DNA of 64,000 bases. Origin: Octopus sinensis (lineage: Eukaryota). Made by a program: the position numbers and the translations under genes. The stretch covers positions 12,090,001 through 12,154,000 of the forward strand of contig NC_043024.1 of the NCBI RefSeq assembly GCF_006345805.1, read 5' to 3'. Numbering within the stretch: position 1 is the first letter of the stretch; the number at the start of each line of letters is the position of its first letter. This document shows, piece after piece, positions 51,489 through 64,000 of this stretch. Below the pieces are notes generated by a model that had not been told where the DNA came from, made no database searches, and was given only the letters and a program-made list of their open reading frames with translations.

Positions 51489-51686
51489 TATATATATATA
51501 TATATATTAAAATTTATTAAAATTTATTAAAATTTTATGTATTGATTAAGTCTTTCCTGTTTGTTTTGCAAAAATAGTGGTTTTGTCTCTAATAATATTT
51601 TATAATATTTTACTATAAAATTGGATTAATCCTAAATCTGATTTTTTCCCTGTAAATTTGGATTTATTCCTAATATTTATTATTAT

Positions 51687-51730
<44 letters not shown>

Positions 51731-52717
51731 TATGTATATATATATATTAGTAATACTAAGCAATTAGGGTTTTAGCAACGAATTGCCTCACCACACACCG
51801 AATTTAGAAATAGCAGTCAAAGAGTTATAGCTATTCTTTCTACTAAAAGGGAGATCTCAGTATATATATATATTTATATATAAGTGTAGTTGTGTGAGTG
51901 CGTGAGTGAGAGGAGATTTTTTTTTGTGTGGTGTGTGTGGCCATAACTCTGCTTTAATTAAAGCAGACTGGCCTGATTAATCACTAATGATTGAATGGCA
52001 AGTCCTTCTCATAATAACGCAAATATTTAACACTGCAAACTCATTAGCGCCGTGTTTGCATTTGGTGCGACTCAGCTCAGGGGATTGACCGGCGTTCATT
52101 AGGTGGGGAGTTAATTATAGTATAGGAAGAAGAATGGTGGTGGTGGTGGTGGTGGTGGTGGTGGTGTAGTGGCAGTTATGGCAGTTGTGGCGGCGGCAGT
52201 GTTAATAATTGTTGTGGTGGTGGTGGTATCATTATTATTATTATTAGTAGTAGTAGTAATAGTAGTAGTAGTAGTAGTAAGAGGAGGAGGCGGAGGAGGA
52301 GTAATAGTGATAGTGATGGTGGTGCTGGTGGTGTTGGTAGTGGCGGTGATGGTTGTAGTAGTAGAATAGTTGTAGTACTAAAGTAGTAAGAGTAGTTGTA
52401 GTCGTCGTCGTCATCGTAGTAGTAGTAGTAGTAGTAGTAGTAGTTTAGCTCTTAAATTTTAAGTTATATATATACAGTAAATAGGTGCAGGAGTGGCTGT
52501 GTGGTAAGTAGCTTGCTTACCAACCACATGCTTCCGGGTTCAGTCCCATTGCGTGGCACCTTGGGCATGTGTCTTCTACTATAGCCTCGGGCCGAACAAA
52601 ACCTTGTGAGTGGATTTGGTTGACGGAAACTGAAAGAAGCCCGTCGTATATATATATGTATTTATATGCGTGTGTGCGTGTGTTTGTGTGTCTGTGTTTG
52701 TCCCCCAACATACACGT

Positions 52718-52754
<37 letters not shown>

Positions 52755-52914
52755 ACACACACACATATATTTATATAATATGCACGTTCCCATACATACA
52801 CTAGTAGCTGAGGGCCTATGTAAGACAGATGCACCACTTCTTTTCGCCAAACCATCTTATTAAAGAAAAACAAAGCAAGAAAATCAATGGTTAGAATACT
52901 CATTATCCACTTAC

Positions 52915-53457
52915 CGAATTTCCAAAAGCAAGAACAGTCTTAGCAAACTCTCCGACAGTCCGAACTTCTCTATACCTGTCGACATCATGCTTACGGAATT
53001 TCTTCTTTTGCGTACCCTTTACAGGGTCCCTTTCTTTCCTTTCTTCCTTCCTCTCATTCTCCCTTACATCTTCATCTTTATCGTTGTCCCCTTCCAGATG
53101 TTCCATGGAATCTCGAACCTTCTTCCATTGTTTGTTTCTCAACGCCAGGTCTTCGGAAAATAGCAGTAATGCCCCTTTACGGGTCGTAAATGTTTTTGGC
53201 AACGAAATTTCGTTGTTGACACGACATTTTCTAAAAAGGTCTTCGGTTGTCGTTTCCACATGGTAAGGGTTTTTGTTGTTGCTGATGTTGTTGTGGTTGT
53301 TGTTGTTGGTGGTGGTGGTGGTGGTGTTGGTTGTGGTGCAGCTGCTGTTCGTATTGTTGTTGCCGCCGTTGTTTAAGGGACATTTCCGGAAGGGCTCAAA
53401 AGCAACTTTAGGGTACTTAAAACCTTTATTGGATCGCTGAACCAAGTTGAAGTGATC
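52915..53457 (-). CDS. KIAA2012: KIAA2012-like exon (DHFNLVQR...SLPKTFTTRKGALLLFSEDLALR...VRTVGEFAKTVLAFGNS), phase 0-0
   Basis: Acceptor ttttctccaacag|GAT, donor TCG|gtaagt, 543 nt open frame, conserved LPKTFxTRKGALxLxSE motif. Confidence 0.9.
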
Positions 53458-54384
53458 CTGTTGGAGAAAAGCAAATATAAAAACACTAAGTTGTGTAAAT
53501 TGTGAGTGTATATATATATATATATATATATATATGAACGTGTGTATATACTCTTTACTCTTTACTCTTTTGCTTGTTTCAGTTCTTTGGCTGTCGCCAT
53601 GCTGGAGCGCCGCCATTAGTCGTGGAAATTGACCCCAGGACTTAATCTTTGTAAGCCTAGTACTTATTCTATCGATCTTTTTTGCCGAACCGCTAAGTTA
53701 CGGGGACAGAAACATACCGGCATCGGTTGTCAAGCGATGTTGGGGGACAAACACACCACACACACACGCACACACTTAAATTCAGAGGTGATCACCTGAA
53801 CAAACAGAATAAGAAGTGATTAGAAGTGCCCTTCCACACACACACGCACACACATATACGTTATACTTACATACATCGATACACATATGCATACACAGAA
53901 AATCGTATACATACATCCGTACATACACACATTAACACATACATACATATATATATATATATTTATACATACACCCGCAAGCATATACTTTATACATACA
54001 TTACGTACATAGATACATACACATATACATACATGCACAATCAAACACATACATACATATCTCTTTCTCTCTATATAATATATATATGTATATATATATA
54101 CGAATGTATATATATGTACCTATATATATATATATGTACCTATATATATTTATATATATAGATATGTATATATTTATCTACCTATATATATTTACATGTA
54201 TATGTACCTATATATATTTATACATACATATAGATATGTATATATACATATATGTACATATATGTATATATATGTATATATATTGTATATATATGTACAA
54301 ATATACACATACACACACATCTCTCTCTCTCTCTCTATCTCTATATATATATATTATATATATATATATACATATTATATATAT

Positions 54385-54423
<39 letters not shown>

Positions 54424-54770
54424 TTATGTTAAATATGTGTGTATATATATATGTGTGTATATATGCGGTATGGATCTCTGTACGTACGTATGCACATACA
54501 TACATCATACATACATACATACATACATACATACATACATACATACATACATACATACGCATACTCAGCTGTCTTCGTTTCGTCTTATTCGTTCCGTTGT
54601 TTGTATTAGTTGACTGTAATCCCAGTGAAGTGTCAGCATAATCTTTTAATTTTCCAGCGAGCTTTATACGCACATTGATACACGCATTACACATATATAC
54701 ATGCGTATAGATATATACTCATGCACACATTCATATATATCAATAGACATATACATATGTACACACGCAT

Positions 54771-54812
<42 letters not shown>

Positions 54813-54854
54813 TATATTATATATATATATACGTACATGTATGATGTGTATATG

Positions 54855-54899
<45 letters not shown>

Positions 54900-55207
54900 A
54901 TATATATACATATATGTAGTATATGTATAATAATATATATATGTATACAGATGTATATATATAATCAAAATAAGCAACAAGAATATCCAGAAGAAGTAAT
55001 GCAGTACGATCGTTTCAACAACTCCATTTAATTGAACAATGTAATCATTACATCAATTTAAATGCAGAGCAATCCGCTGGATATCCTTGTTGCTTATTTT
55101 GATTTTAATCACCTTATTTTGAAATTGTATGGATAATACCGTACTAAATTCTGGTGCCTCAACTTACGTACCATATTCATCTAAAACTATCTATCTATCA
55201 ATCAATC

Positions 55208-55238
<31 letters not shown>

Positions 55239-56759
55239 ATATATATTTATAATAAGAGTAGATCGTATACGAGTGGGTATATATTTGTAAAAAATAAGTT
55301 TGAAAACGCCACTATATTAGATAAATTTTAATTTTCGACAAAACACCACCACGTGGATTCTATTGAGACCAGTAAGAAACGATTATTAACTTTTCTATTG
55401 CACTTTTTATAATATTTTTGATAAAGTTCGTTATTTCAAGAACCGAAACATGTAAAATTCATAAGAAAATTAAAATTTATCTAATATAGTGGCGTTTTCA
55501 AACTTATTTTTTACAAATATATATATATATAATAATATATTATATATATATATATAATTAATTAAAAGGGTGAGAGAATTAGATACTAATTTAATAGCAT
55601 ATCTATTCAACACCAAGTGGCCTAATAATAGTATGTATGTATATATATACATATATACATGTACATACATACATACATACATACATACATACATACATAC
55701 ATACATACATACATACATACATACATACATGTATATATATATATACATATACATAAAATATGGGTGACTAATTCGCAATTTTACAACCTACAGCCAGAAA
55801 TATATGTATCACTAAAGTAAAAGGGCACTAAACAGCACCAGTATTGCTAGAAATAAGAGTCAAAACATACATACAAACATACATACATACATACAGACAG
55901 ATAGACAGACAGACAATCAGACAGGTAGACAAGCAGACATCCATAATTCATAAGCTACAAATGATCACGATATGAGGAGCAATAAAAATCTGCAAGACCT
56001 TCTTAAGATTTTAAAGGATGTTTGTTAAAACACGATGCTTCCCTCATCGAAGTTGCTGCCAAGTAGGCAAGCTGGTCAAGATTTGCACTAAATTAAGAAG
56101 ATAAAAAACTACATACATACATACATACATACATACATACATACATACATACATACATACATACATGCATACATACATACATACATACATACATACACAC
56201 ATACCTACATACATACATACATACATACATACATACATACATACATTCATACATACATACATACATACATACACATACATACATAACACATACTACATAC
56301 ATACATACATACATACCTACATACACACATACATACAACACATACATACAATACATACATACCTACATACACACATACATACATACATACATACATACAT
56401 ACATACATACATACATACATACATACATACATACATACATACATACGTACGTACGTACATACATAATTCATGCATTACAGATGATCAAGATATGGAGGAC
56501 AATAAAAATCTTGAAGACCTACTTAACGCTTAAGGATGTTAAGCAAAACAATATGCCTTCCTTTACGACTTTGCTACCAACGTGGTGGCCGGTCGGGATT
56601 TATGCACGTATGAACGTAAGCGTCTGGTTTCAGTTCGGGAGCTGCGGTCATGCTGGGGCACCTCCTTTAGATTCGTCCCACTTTCATTAGATACACGCAT
56701 GCGTACATATATGCATGCATAAATTACATAAATACATCACATACATACAAAATACACGT

Positions 56760-56807
<48 letters not shown>

Positions 56808-56942
56808 TATACATATATATATATATAACATACATATATATATATATACATACATATATATATATATAAACATATATATAATATATATATATATATGTAT
56901 GCATACAAACATATATACATTAAATACATATATACACACTCA

Positions 56943-57042
56943 NNNNNNNNNNNNNNNNNNNNNNNNNNNNNNNNNNNNNNNNNNNNNNNNNNNNNNNNNN
57001 NNNNNNNNNNNNNNNNNNNNNNNNNNNNNNNNNNNNNNNNNN
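56943..57042. other. Assembly gap (100 N)
   Basis: Run of N. Confidence 0.99.
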
Positions 57043-57239
57043 AGAGATTCAAAAGCATACCAATTTTGTAAAATTGCTGATCACTGCTTTGAATGTACAC
57101 CGATTACCAAAAGGTGTCGGGTCTACTAGTCCCTGAGTAAAATGATTATTTGCAAGGGAGGTAAGTACTTCTGGATTTGGAGCAATTAAGGTAGATATAG
57201 ATCTGTAACGTGTATGGGATGTATGGGTGGTATAAATTG

Positions 57240-58320
57240 AAAGGTTAGTAGTGTTCTGTATTAAGTTATGTGTTCATATTTAGTTGTGGAAGATATTTAT
57301 TGATGAAAGTTGCCTCTTTGTTCATTCTTTGTTGTCTTGAGGTGTTCTGTTAACATTGATAGAAGGAGAAAATTAGGAAATTAGGATTAAGGTTCCTAGC
57401 ACACCTTTCTATGTGTTCACTGACTTGTATCTGTATGTATTGTGGGCGACTGATTTGGTCTTTGTGGAGAGTGGTTCTTCAATGGATTGATATTCCTGTT
57501 TGGCCAATATTATGATTACCACACCCTAAGCATATAATGGCATAGATTAGATTTTCCAAGGCACACGTGAATTTTGAATTAATCTTAAATGGTTCACCTT
57601 GTTTAAAGTGGAACTTAGAATACTCCAAAAGGTGGTGGCATGTACCACAGTTAGGTCGATTACATTTTTTTCACTTTTGGTTCCGTTGTTAATGGATATT
57701 GTCTTTCACTGGTTAATATTTTTTTTCAATAATTTAGGTTCCATTTTGCTTTTGATAATTTTGTGTGAGCCTGAAAGTTTGTTCATTGTTTTATCTCCTG
57801 TAAGGATGGGTAGGTTCTGGATGATAATGTTGAAGGCTTCGTTGTTTCTAGGGTTATGTGTGGAGATGTATGGGAGTATTTTTAAGCCTGGTGTAGTAAT
57901 TTCAGTTGACTTCCCTTAATGTTCATATATCTATTTCCTTAGCTTGTTTAATGCCATCATTTATTAATGATATTGGATAATATCTTTTGATTAGTATTGA
58001 TTTGAGTTCACGGAGTCTTTGTTCATGAGTATAGGTGTCTGAAACTATCGTGCAGATTCTTTTTGCTAGATTATAAGGTATATTAATTTTTATGTGTTTT
58101 GGATGGCATGAGTTGAATAATAGGTATTGTTTAGAATCTGTGGGTTTATAGAAGATGCCCGTTTTGATGTGGTTATTGACTGTTTTAATTAGGATATCAA
58201 GAAAAGAGAGTTATTTATTGCTGTGCTCCATGGTAAATTGTATGTTGCTCTTAGTTTAAATGTACACAATTGCATAAAAATAATTTTTAATTCCATTAGA
58301 CATTCTAAAATACTATTAAA
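57240..58320 (-). mobile_element. Degenerate Penelope-like element (RT C-terminus plus GIY-YIG endonuclease)
   Basis: Minus-strand translation gives FTMEH..SFLDIL..YKPTDSKQYLLFNSCHPKH..YNLAKRICTIVS, then CNRPNCGTC and FTCALENLIYAIICLGC..NIGQT; many stops. Confidence 0.85.
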
Positions 58321-60294
58321 TTTCAGTCAAAATAAAAAATGTAAAATTGGACAGAACATATGGGATGACCTGATATATGTATGTATGTATGCATGTGTGT
58401 GTTTGTGAGTGTGTATGTATTATTGGCCCCAATAATTGACTTGCTGTTTTTTTTTTATCCATCCTCATTGATATTTTGTGTAATACATCTTACTATGCTA
58501 CAGAATAATAATAAAAATTTAATGCTCACATGAAGTACTCAATCTGGCAACACAGTGCAGCATCTGCTATGAAAACTGATTGGTGAAGTTCAGTTGCATG
58601 TTTGTCTGCTTCATAAGAGGGAAAAGTGAAGTTAGGGCAGCCCAATCTGAAATAGAAGAATTTAAAAATTTAAACGAGTTATTGTTGTTGTTGTTGTTGC
58701 TGCTGCTTAAACCAGTGAGGTGGCAGAATTGTTATCAACGACATTGTGTCCCTGAAATTGCTGGTCTTGTGACAAATTTAAAACCTTTATTGTTATTATT
58801 ATTGAGGATGCATGGTCTAGGGTGTTGCACTCATAATAGTGAGACTGTGGTTTCAATTCCTAGACTGGGTGGTGTGTTGTATTCTTGAGAAAAACACTTC
58901 ATCTCACATTGCTCAGCAATCACTTTGATGCAGTGACATGTGGTACACTGTGCACCTGTTCAGGCAACGTCAATTTGATGGAGGGAATGAGCTACTGTGC
59001 AGCATATGCATTTGATCACTGCAAACAAATCATTTCAGCAAGTCATTCAGTAAAAGCTGAACACTCATATGTCATCTCTGATAGGAGAGTCCATCATCAT
59101 CATTATTTCACCTATCTCAGGATTGGTCTTATTCCTTGCAGAACTTATTTGGGTAGTGGGTTACTGTCTGTAACCTCAAATATCCACATGATTTTAATAA
59201 ACCTTCAAATGCTAAAAACCCTTCTGATAATCTTTTCTGTTCCTAAAAGGCAAAGGACATTCCATCCTAATTTCCTTCAATCATTTGTGTATGTCATTAC
59301 TCACAGTCACTAATTCACCAATTATTACAGGTACAGCCATTACAATTTTGATATTCTAAATCCTCACAATGTCAAATTTTAAAGGATTGTATTTTTTTTA
59401 ATTTTCATTGTCTTTATTCACAATCCAAGAATCAAGTGGACATGATGGGCTCATCTGTCAGCAAAGTTGATTTTCCTTGTCTATTACTGTTATATCTGGT
59501 TTGTTATGTTCTAGCTTCATTTTACTAATGATTACACCATGTAATTCCTGCTTCAAACCCCCATTTCTAATGAAGGATCCAGACCATCATTATTTTGATG
59601 TTATTGTTGTAGGAGTCCATAAATTATATGACCCATGAAAAACACACATTTGAACATACTTAAAAATTACTGAAAAAGGAACACAGTTACATAAAAAAAA
59701 TAAACATATTATTTACATGAAAAATAGATTACCTGTAAGTTCATCACCATGAACTCATCACAGGAGAGTTCACCACCATCAATTCACCTTGAATAAAGTT
59801 TGATGTGAGGAAAGATCAGGAAAATATTTCCACAGTATCTCACCATTAATAGTTGATTATTACTTAATTGAAAAAAAACAAGCATGAATTGATGATGGTG
59901 AACTTAAAAGATATCTGAAAAATGTACATAAATCTCTAATGAAAACAAATATGGATACTCACTTACGTATTGGCACTCATCGGTTTTGATGTTGAGTGTT
60001 CCAGTTGATACAATCAATGGAACAACTTGCTCATGAAACTAACGTTCAAGTGCACTCCACAGAAATGTGTACCCTTAATGTAATTCATGAGGAGATTCAG
60101 TATGACACACATTGTGAAAAAGCTGTCCCTTTCAATTACAGGTACAATTCTTTTTTGAGTAGACTGGAGCATTGTGAAATAAAGTGTCTTGCTCAAGGAC
60201 ACAATGCATCGCTAGGAATGGAACCCACAACCTTACGATTGTAAGTCAATTGCCCTAACCACTAAGCCACTTACAAATACTTATATAAATATAT

Positions 60295-60520
60295 TTCTTT
60301 ATTGCCCACAAGGGGCTAAATACAGAGGGGACAAACAAGGACAGACAAACGGATTAAGTCGATTACATCGACCCCAGTGCATAACTGGTACTTAATTTAT
60401 CGACCCCGAAAGGATGAAAGGCAAAGTCAACCTCGGTGGAATTTGAACTCAGAACGTAATGGCAGACGAAATACGGCTATGCATTTCACCCAGTGTGCTA
60501 ACGTTTCTGCCAGCTCGCCA
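60295..60520 (-). mobile_element. SINE family B, CpG-decayed copy
   Basis: Family B sequence with at least 7 CpG to TpG/CpA changes. Confidence 0.8.
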
Positions 60521-60614
60521 TAGAAAAATTTTCACAAGCAAAATACACTTATATAAAACACACACACTTACAAATACACAAACAAACATAGAAAACATGT
60601 ATAATAAACATGTA

Positions 60615-60793
60615 GACACAGGTGTGACAAGAAGCTTGCTTCCCAACAACATGGTTCCAGGTTCAGTCCCACTGAATCACACCATGGGTACATGTCTTCT
60701 ACTATAGCCTAGTACTGACCAAAGCCCTGAGAGTGGATTTGGTAGACAGAAACTGAAAGAAGCCTGTTGTATATATATATATATATCAATATC

Positions 60794-60849
<56 letters not shown>

Positions 60850-61045
60850 TGTGTTTGTGTTTGTCCCCATCACTGCTTGACAACCAGTGTTAGTTTATTT
60901 AAGTCCCTATAACTTAGTGGTTCATCAAACGAGACCGACAGAAAAAGTATCAGGCTTAGAACAAAAGTACTGGTTCAACTAAAAACTCTTCATAGCAATA
61001 TTCTGGCATGGCCGCAGTCTAATGGTGGAAACAAGTAAAAGATGA
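60615..61045 (+). mobile_element. Diverged, CpG-depleted SINE family A
   Basis: Recognisable core and tail with many TpG/CpA changes. Confidence 0.7.
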
Positions 61046-61719
61046 AAGATGTAAAATAAATTATTAGGTTCAAGATTTCACTTACCTAGGAAAAGCTGTT
61101 ATGGTCAGGAGAATTTGGTCTGGGCCCAGGAGGGGTTTAATTGATTTGCGTCTAAAATATTAATATGATGGATTTTTGATTTTGTGTCATAAAAATGAAC
61201 AAAACAGATTTTATACATTTTGGATGGATGGATACATTGCAAGTTAGAAAACATATAGTAGCTGGGAAAATGTGTATATAAATAATATATATAACAAAAA
61301 AAAAGACAGGGAAATTTTGTATATTAATCACATGGGCATAAAAATCAGTTAAAATTATACATACATACACTCACACACACATGCATGCATGCATACATAC
61401 ATATGATTCGAAAAATGCAAATTGAGGCCATCACTGTAACTGTAAAAATCTGTAAAACTTCCCAGAAGTTTATCATTTACGTATATATGTGAATGTCTAG
61501 AAATACATAAAAATATACACATAAAACAAAACATATAGTACTTTGGCAAAAATCTAAGCAGAGTGATGGGCTGGAAATTCTCTTCTAAGTCCTCCTTCTT
61601 TGGTTCCTTCATTAGAATTATATCCACTCTCAGCTCACAGATCTGTGTTATAAACCCATTCTGCTGCCGGTTGGCAAAGACACATGCAAGTAGCTGCCCA
61701 AACAAGTATGTCATATAGC

Positions 61720-64000
61720 TCATAGGGAAGACCATCTTTGCGGCTGGAGACTTTAAGGGGCATGTTGGGTGGGAACCTGGTATTTTCACTGGGGTACACA
61801 CGGGCCATGGTATTGGCGCCCGGAACAATGAGGGAACTAGGCTACTGGCGTTCTGTGATGCATGTAACCTTTTAATCTGGAACACTAACTTCAGGAAGCA
61901 AGACAGCCACCTAATAACCTATTAATTAGGGGACTCTAGTAGCCAGATTGATTTCATCCTCACAAAATAGTGGGACACAGGGTTGCTCTTAAATATAAAG
62001 ACCCACCCAGGTGAAGAACGTACCCCCCCCCCCAGCATAAGCTAGTCATTAGTGACTTTCGAAGCCAGAAGGATACCTAGAAGCAGATCAATACCAAAAA
62101 GAAAGACATGAAAGCTAAAGAACCCTTCAGAGATTTAGGGACATCCTCATCAAGAAATTTGAAGAGAGTGAGGAGGAGCTACAGACATCGGACATAGAGG
62201 GTAGCTGGAAATTCCAACGGAACAGCTTGCTGAGTGCCACAGATCAAGTCTGTGGATGGTGCAAAGTCCCTTCTGGACCTAGAGTTACGTGGTGGTGGAA
62301 TAGTATGGTAGACAAAACCATTAAAGCAAAGAAATAGACCTGGAAAGCATTGAAGGGTGGGGGTAACAGGGAACTGTACCAGGTACCCAAAAGGAATGCT
62401 AGGCAGCAGGTATACATAGCCAAGGGTGAAGCAGAAAAGAAGTTTACCAATGTCCAACGATGTGAGGACCAAAGAACTGAGGTATTTCAGATTGCAAGAC
62501 AGTGTATGAGAGAAAATTTGGATGTCACAGGATAGAAATGTGTCTGCATGGTTTATGGTGCACTTGCTTTTAATGATTCGGAAAAGGAAGAGTCTTGGAG
62601 AAGCCATTATGAGAGACTGCTGAATGTGGAGAATGAATGGGAGGAGAAGAGATTGCCAAATGTTGACACAGTAGAGGGACCAGCTAGCCGAAGAGACAGC
62701 TCCTTGGTATTTAAAGTGATTAAGGATATGAAGCCAAGAAAAGCCCCCAGCCCATCAGGAATCACCACTGAGATGCTTAAAAAATCTGTTGGTGTGGGCT
62801 ATGGCCTAGTAACCCACATTGTAAACCAGGTGGTTCATGATGGAGTCAGAACCAATGACTGGAGTAACAGCACCATAGTCAACTGCTCTAGATAGAAATA
62901 ACTACAGAGGTATCAAAATGCTGGATCAGGTGCTGAAGGTCACGGAGAGGGTCATAGCCCTTCTCATTAGAGAGAGAGTTTGCTTAGATGAGATGCAGTC
63001 AAGTTTTGTGCCAGGTAGAAGAACCAATGATGCCATATTCCTGGTTCGACAACAGCAGGAGAATTACCTAGCTAAAGATAAACCCCTCTACTTAGCTTTT
63101 GTGGACCGGGAGAAAGCCTTTCACTGGGTCCCCTGATCCCTTATCTGGTGGGTGATGCCGGAAGGAGATCGAGGAACGGTTAATAAGGGCTGTACAGGCC
63201 CTTCACAGAGAGGCCATTAGTAGGATTAGGATTTGCAATGAGTATAGTGAAGAATTCTGGGTAAAAGTAGGGGTCTACCAAGCTTCATCCTGCAGTCCCT
63301 TTTTATTCATCATAGTCCTCCAGACAATAACAGAGGAATTCAAGATGGGTTTCCCCTGGGAGCTCGGGTGTGGAAGCAAGGTTTAGAAACAAAAGGTCTT
63401 AGAGTCAATGTAACAAAGACCAAAGTTCTAGTAAGTAGGAAGGCGAACTCATCACACACAGCCTCAGGTAGGTATCCCTGCTCAATCTTTAGAAAAGGTG
63501 TAGGTAGAAACTCCATAAGGTGTACCCAGTGTAACCTATGGACATAGAAGAAGTGCAGCAACATCAAAGGAAAAATAACCGGAAGATAGCTTTCATGTGC
63601 AGTAGATGCTCAGGGGCAATAAACATCACAGATGCTCAGAAAACAGATCCACTCCCACTCCAGGGGAAAAAAATTGAAGTAGTTGATAGCTTCCACTACC
63701 TAGGTGACCAAGTTAGTAGTGGGGGTGGATGCTCAGAGAGTATTACCACTAGAATAAGAATAGCTTGGACAAAGTTTATAAAGCTTCGACCCCTACTGGT
63801 GACAAAGGGCCTCTTGCTCAGAGTGAAAGATATATTGTACGACGCATGTGTGTGAACTGCCATGCTTCACAGCAGTGAAATATGGGCTGTGACTGTGAAG
63901 GATATGCGTATGCTCGAAAGGAATAAAGCTAGCATGATCCGTTAGATGTGTAATGTCAGTGTGCACACAAGACAGAGTGTAAGCGCCCTGAGAGAAATGT
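61720..64000 (+). mobile_element. Degenerate RTE-clade LINE (APE endonuclease remnant plus RT), runs off the window
   Basis: AGDFKGHVG..RNNEGTRLLAFC, SQIDFIL, KAPSPSGITTEML, NYRGIKML, FVPGR.TNDAIF, LAFVDREKAF; many stops and frameshifts. Confidence 0.9.

Noticed and set aside
59732-59914. Segment bounded by a strong minus-strand acceptor (tttttcag) and donor (gtaatc)
   Set aside because: All three frames contain stops; could be a UTR exon but nothing else supports it
61355-61885. 176-aa minus-strand ORF
   Set aside because: Largely the antisense of the RTE endonuclease remnant plus microsatellite

Overview
This is eukaryotic, microsatellite- and SINE-rich DNA, most consistent with an octopus (coleoid cephalopod) genome; most ORFs in the supplied track are artefacts of simple repeats. 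The main feature is one minus-strand multi-exon gene, a KIAA2012-like homolog (no database search run; family call rests on recalled motifs). I could chain 20 GT-AG exons from 53457 down to the stop at 6824 (~6.2 kb CDS, ~2,050 aa) with compatible intron phases at all junctions except the unresolved one below exon 41229-42278. Three low-complexity middle exons carry apparent frameshifts, and the first coding exon was not confidently located. Introns and flanks hold three tRNA-derived SINE families, non-autonomous Helitrons, Tc1/mariner and hAT relics, CR1/L2-like and RTE LINE fragments, a Penelope-like RT/GIY-YIG relic, and a 100-N gap at 56943-57042. The most interesting unexplained structure is a set of at least eight type-I hammerhead-ribozyme-like motifs. 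One (9435-9535) has a canonical core, and two sit in a ~500-bp spacerless palindrome. Other observations: duplicated or SINE-disrupted exon copies, a pre-miRNA-like hairpin, a LINE/SINE shared 3' stem-loop with compensatory changes, relic exons of an unknown plus-strand gene, and a switch to CpG-depleted sequence right of the gap.
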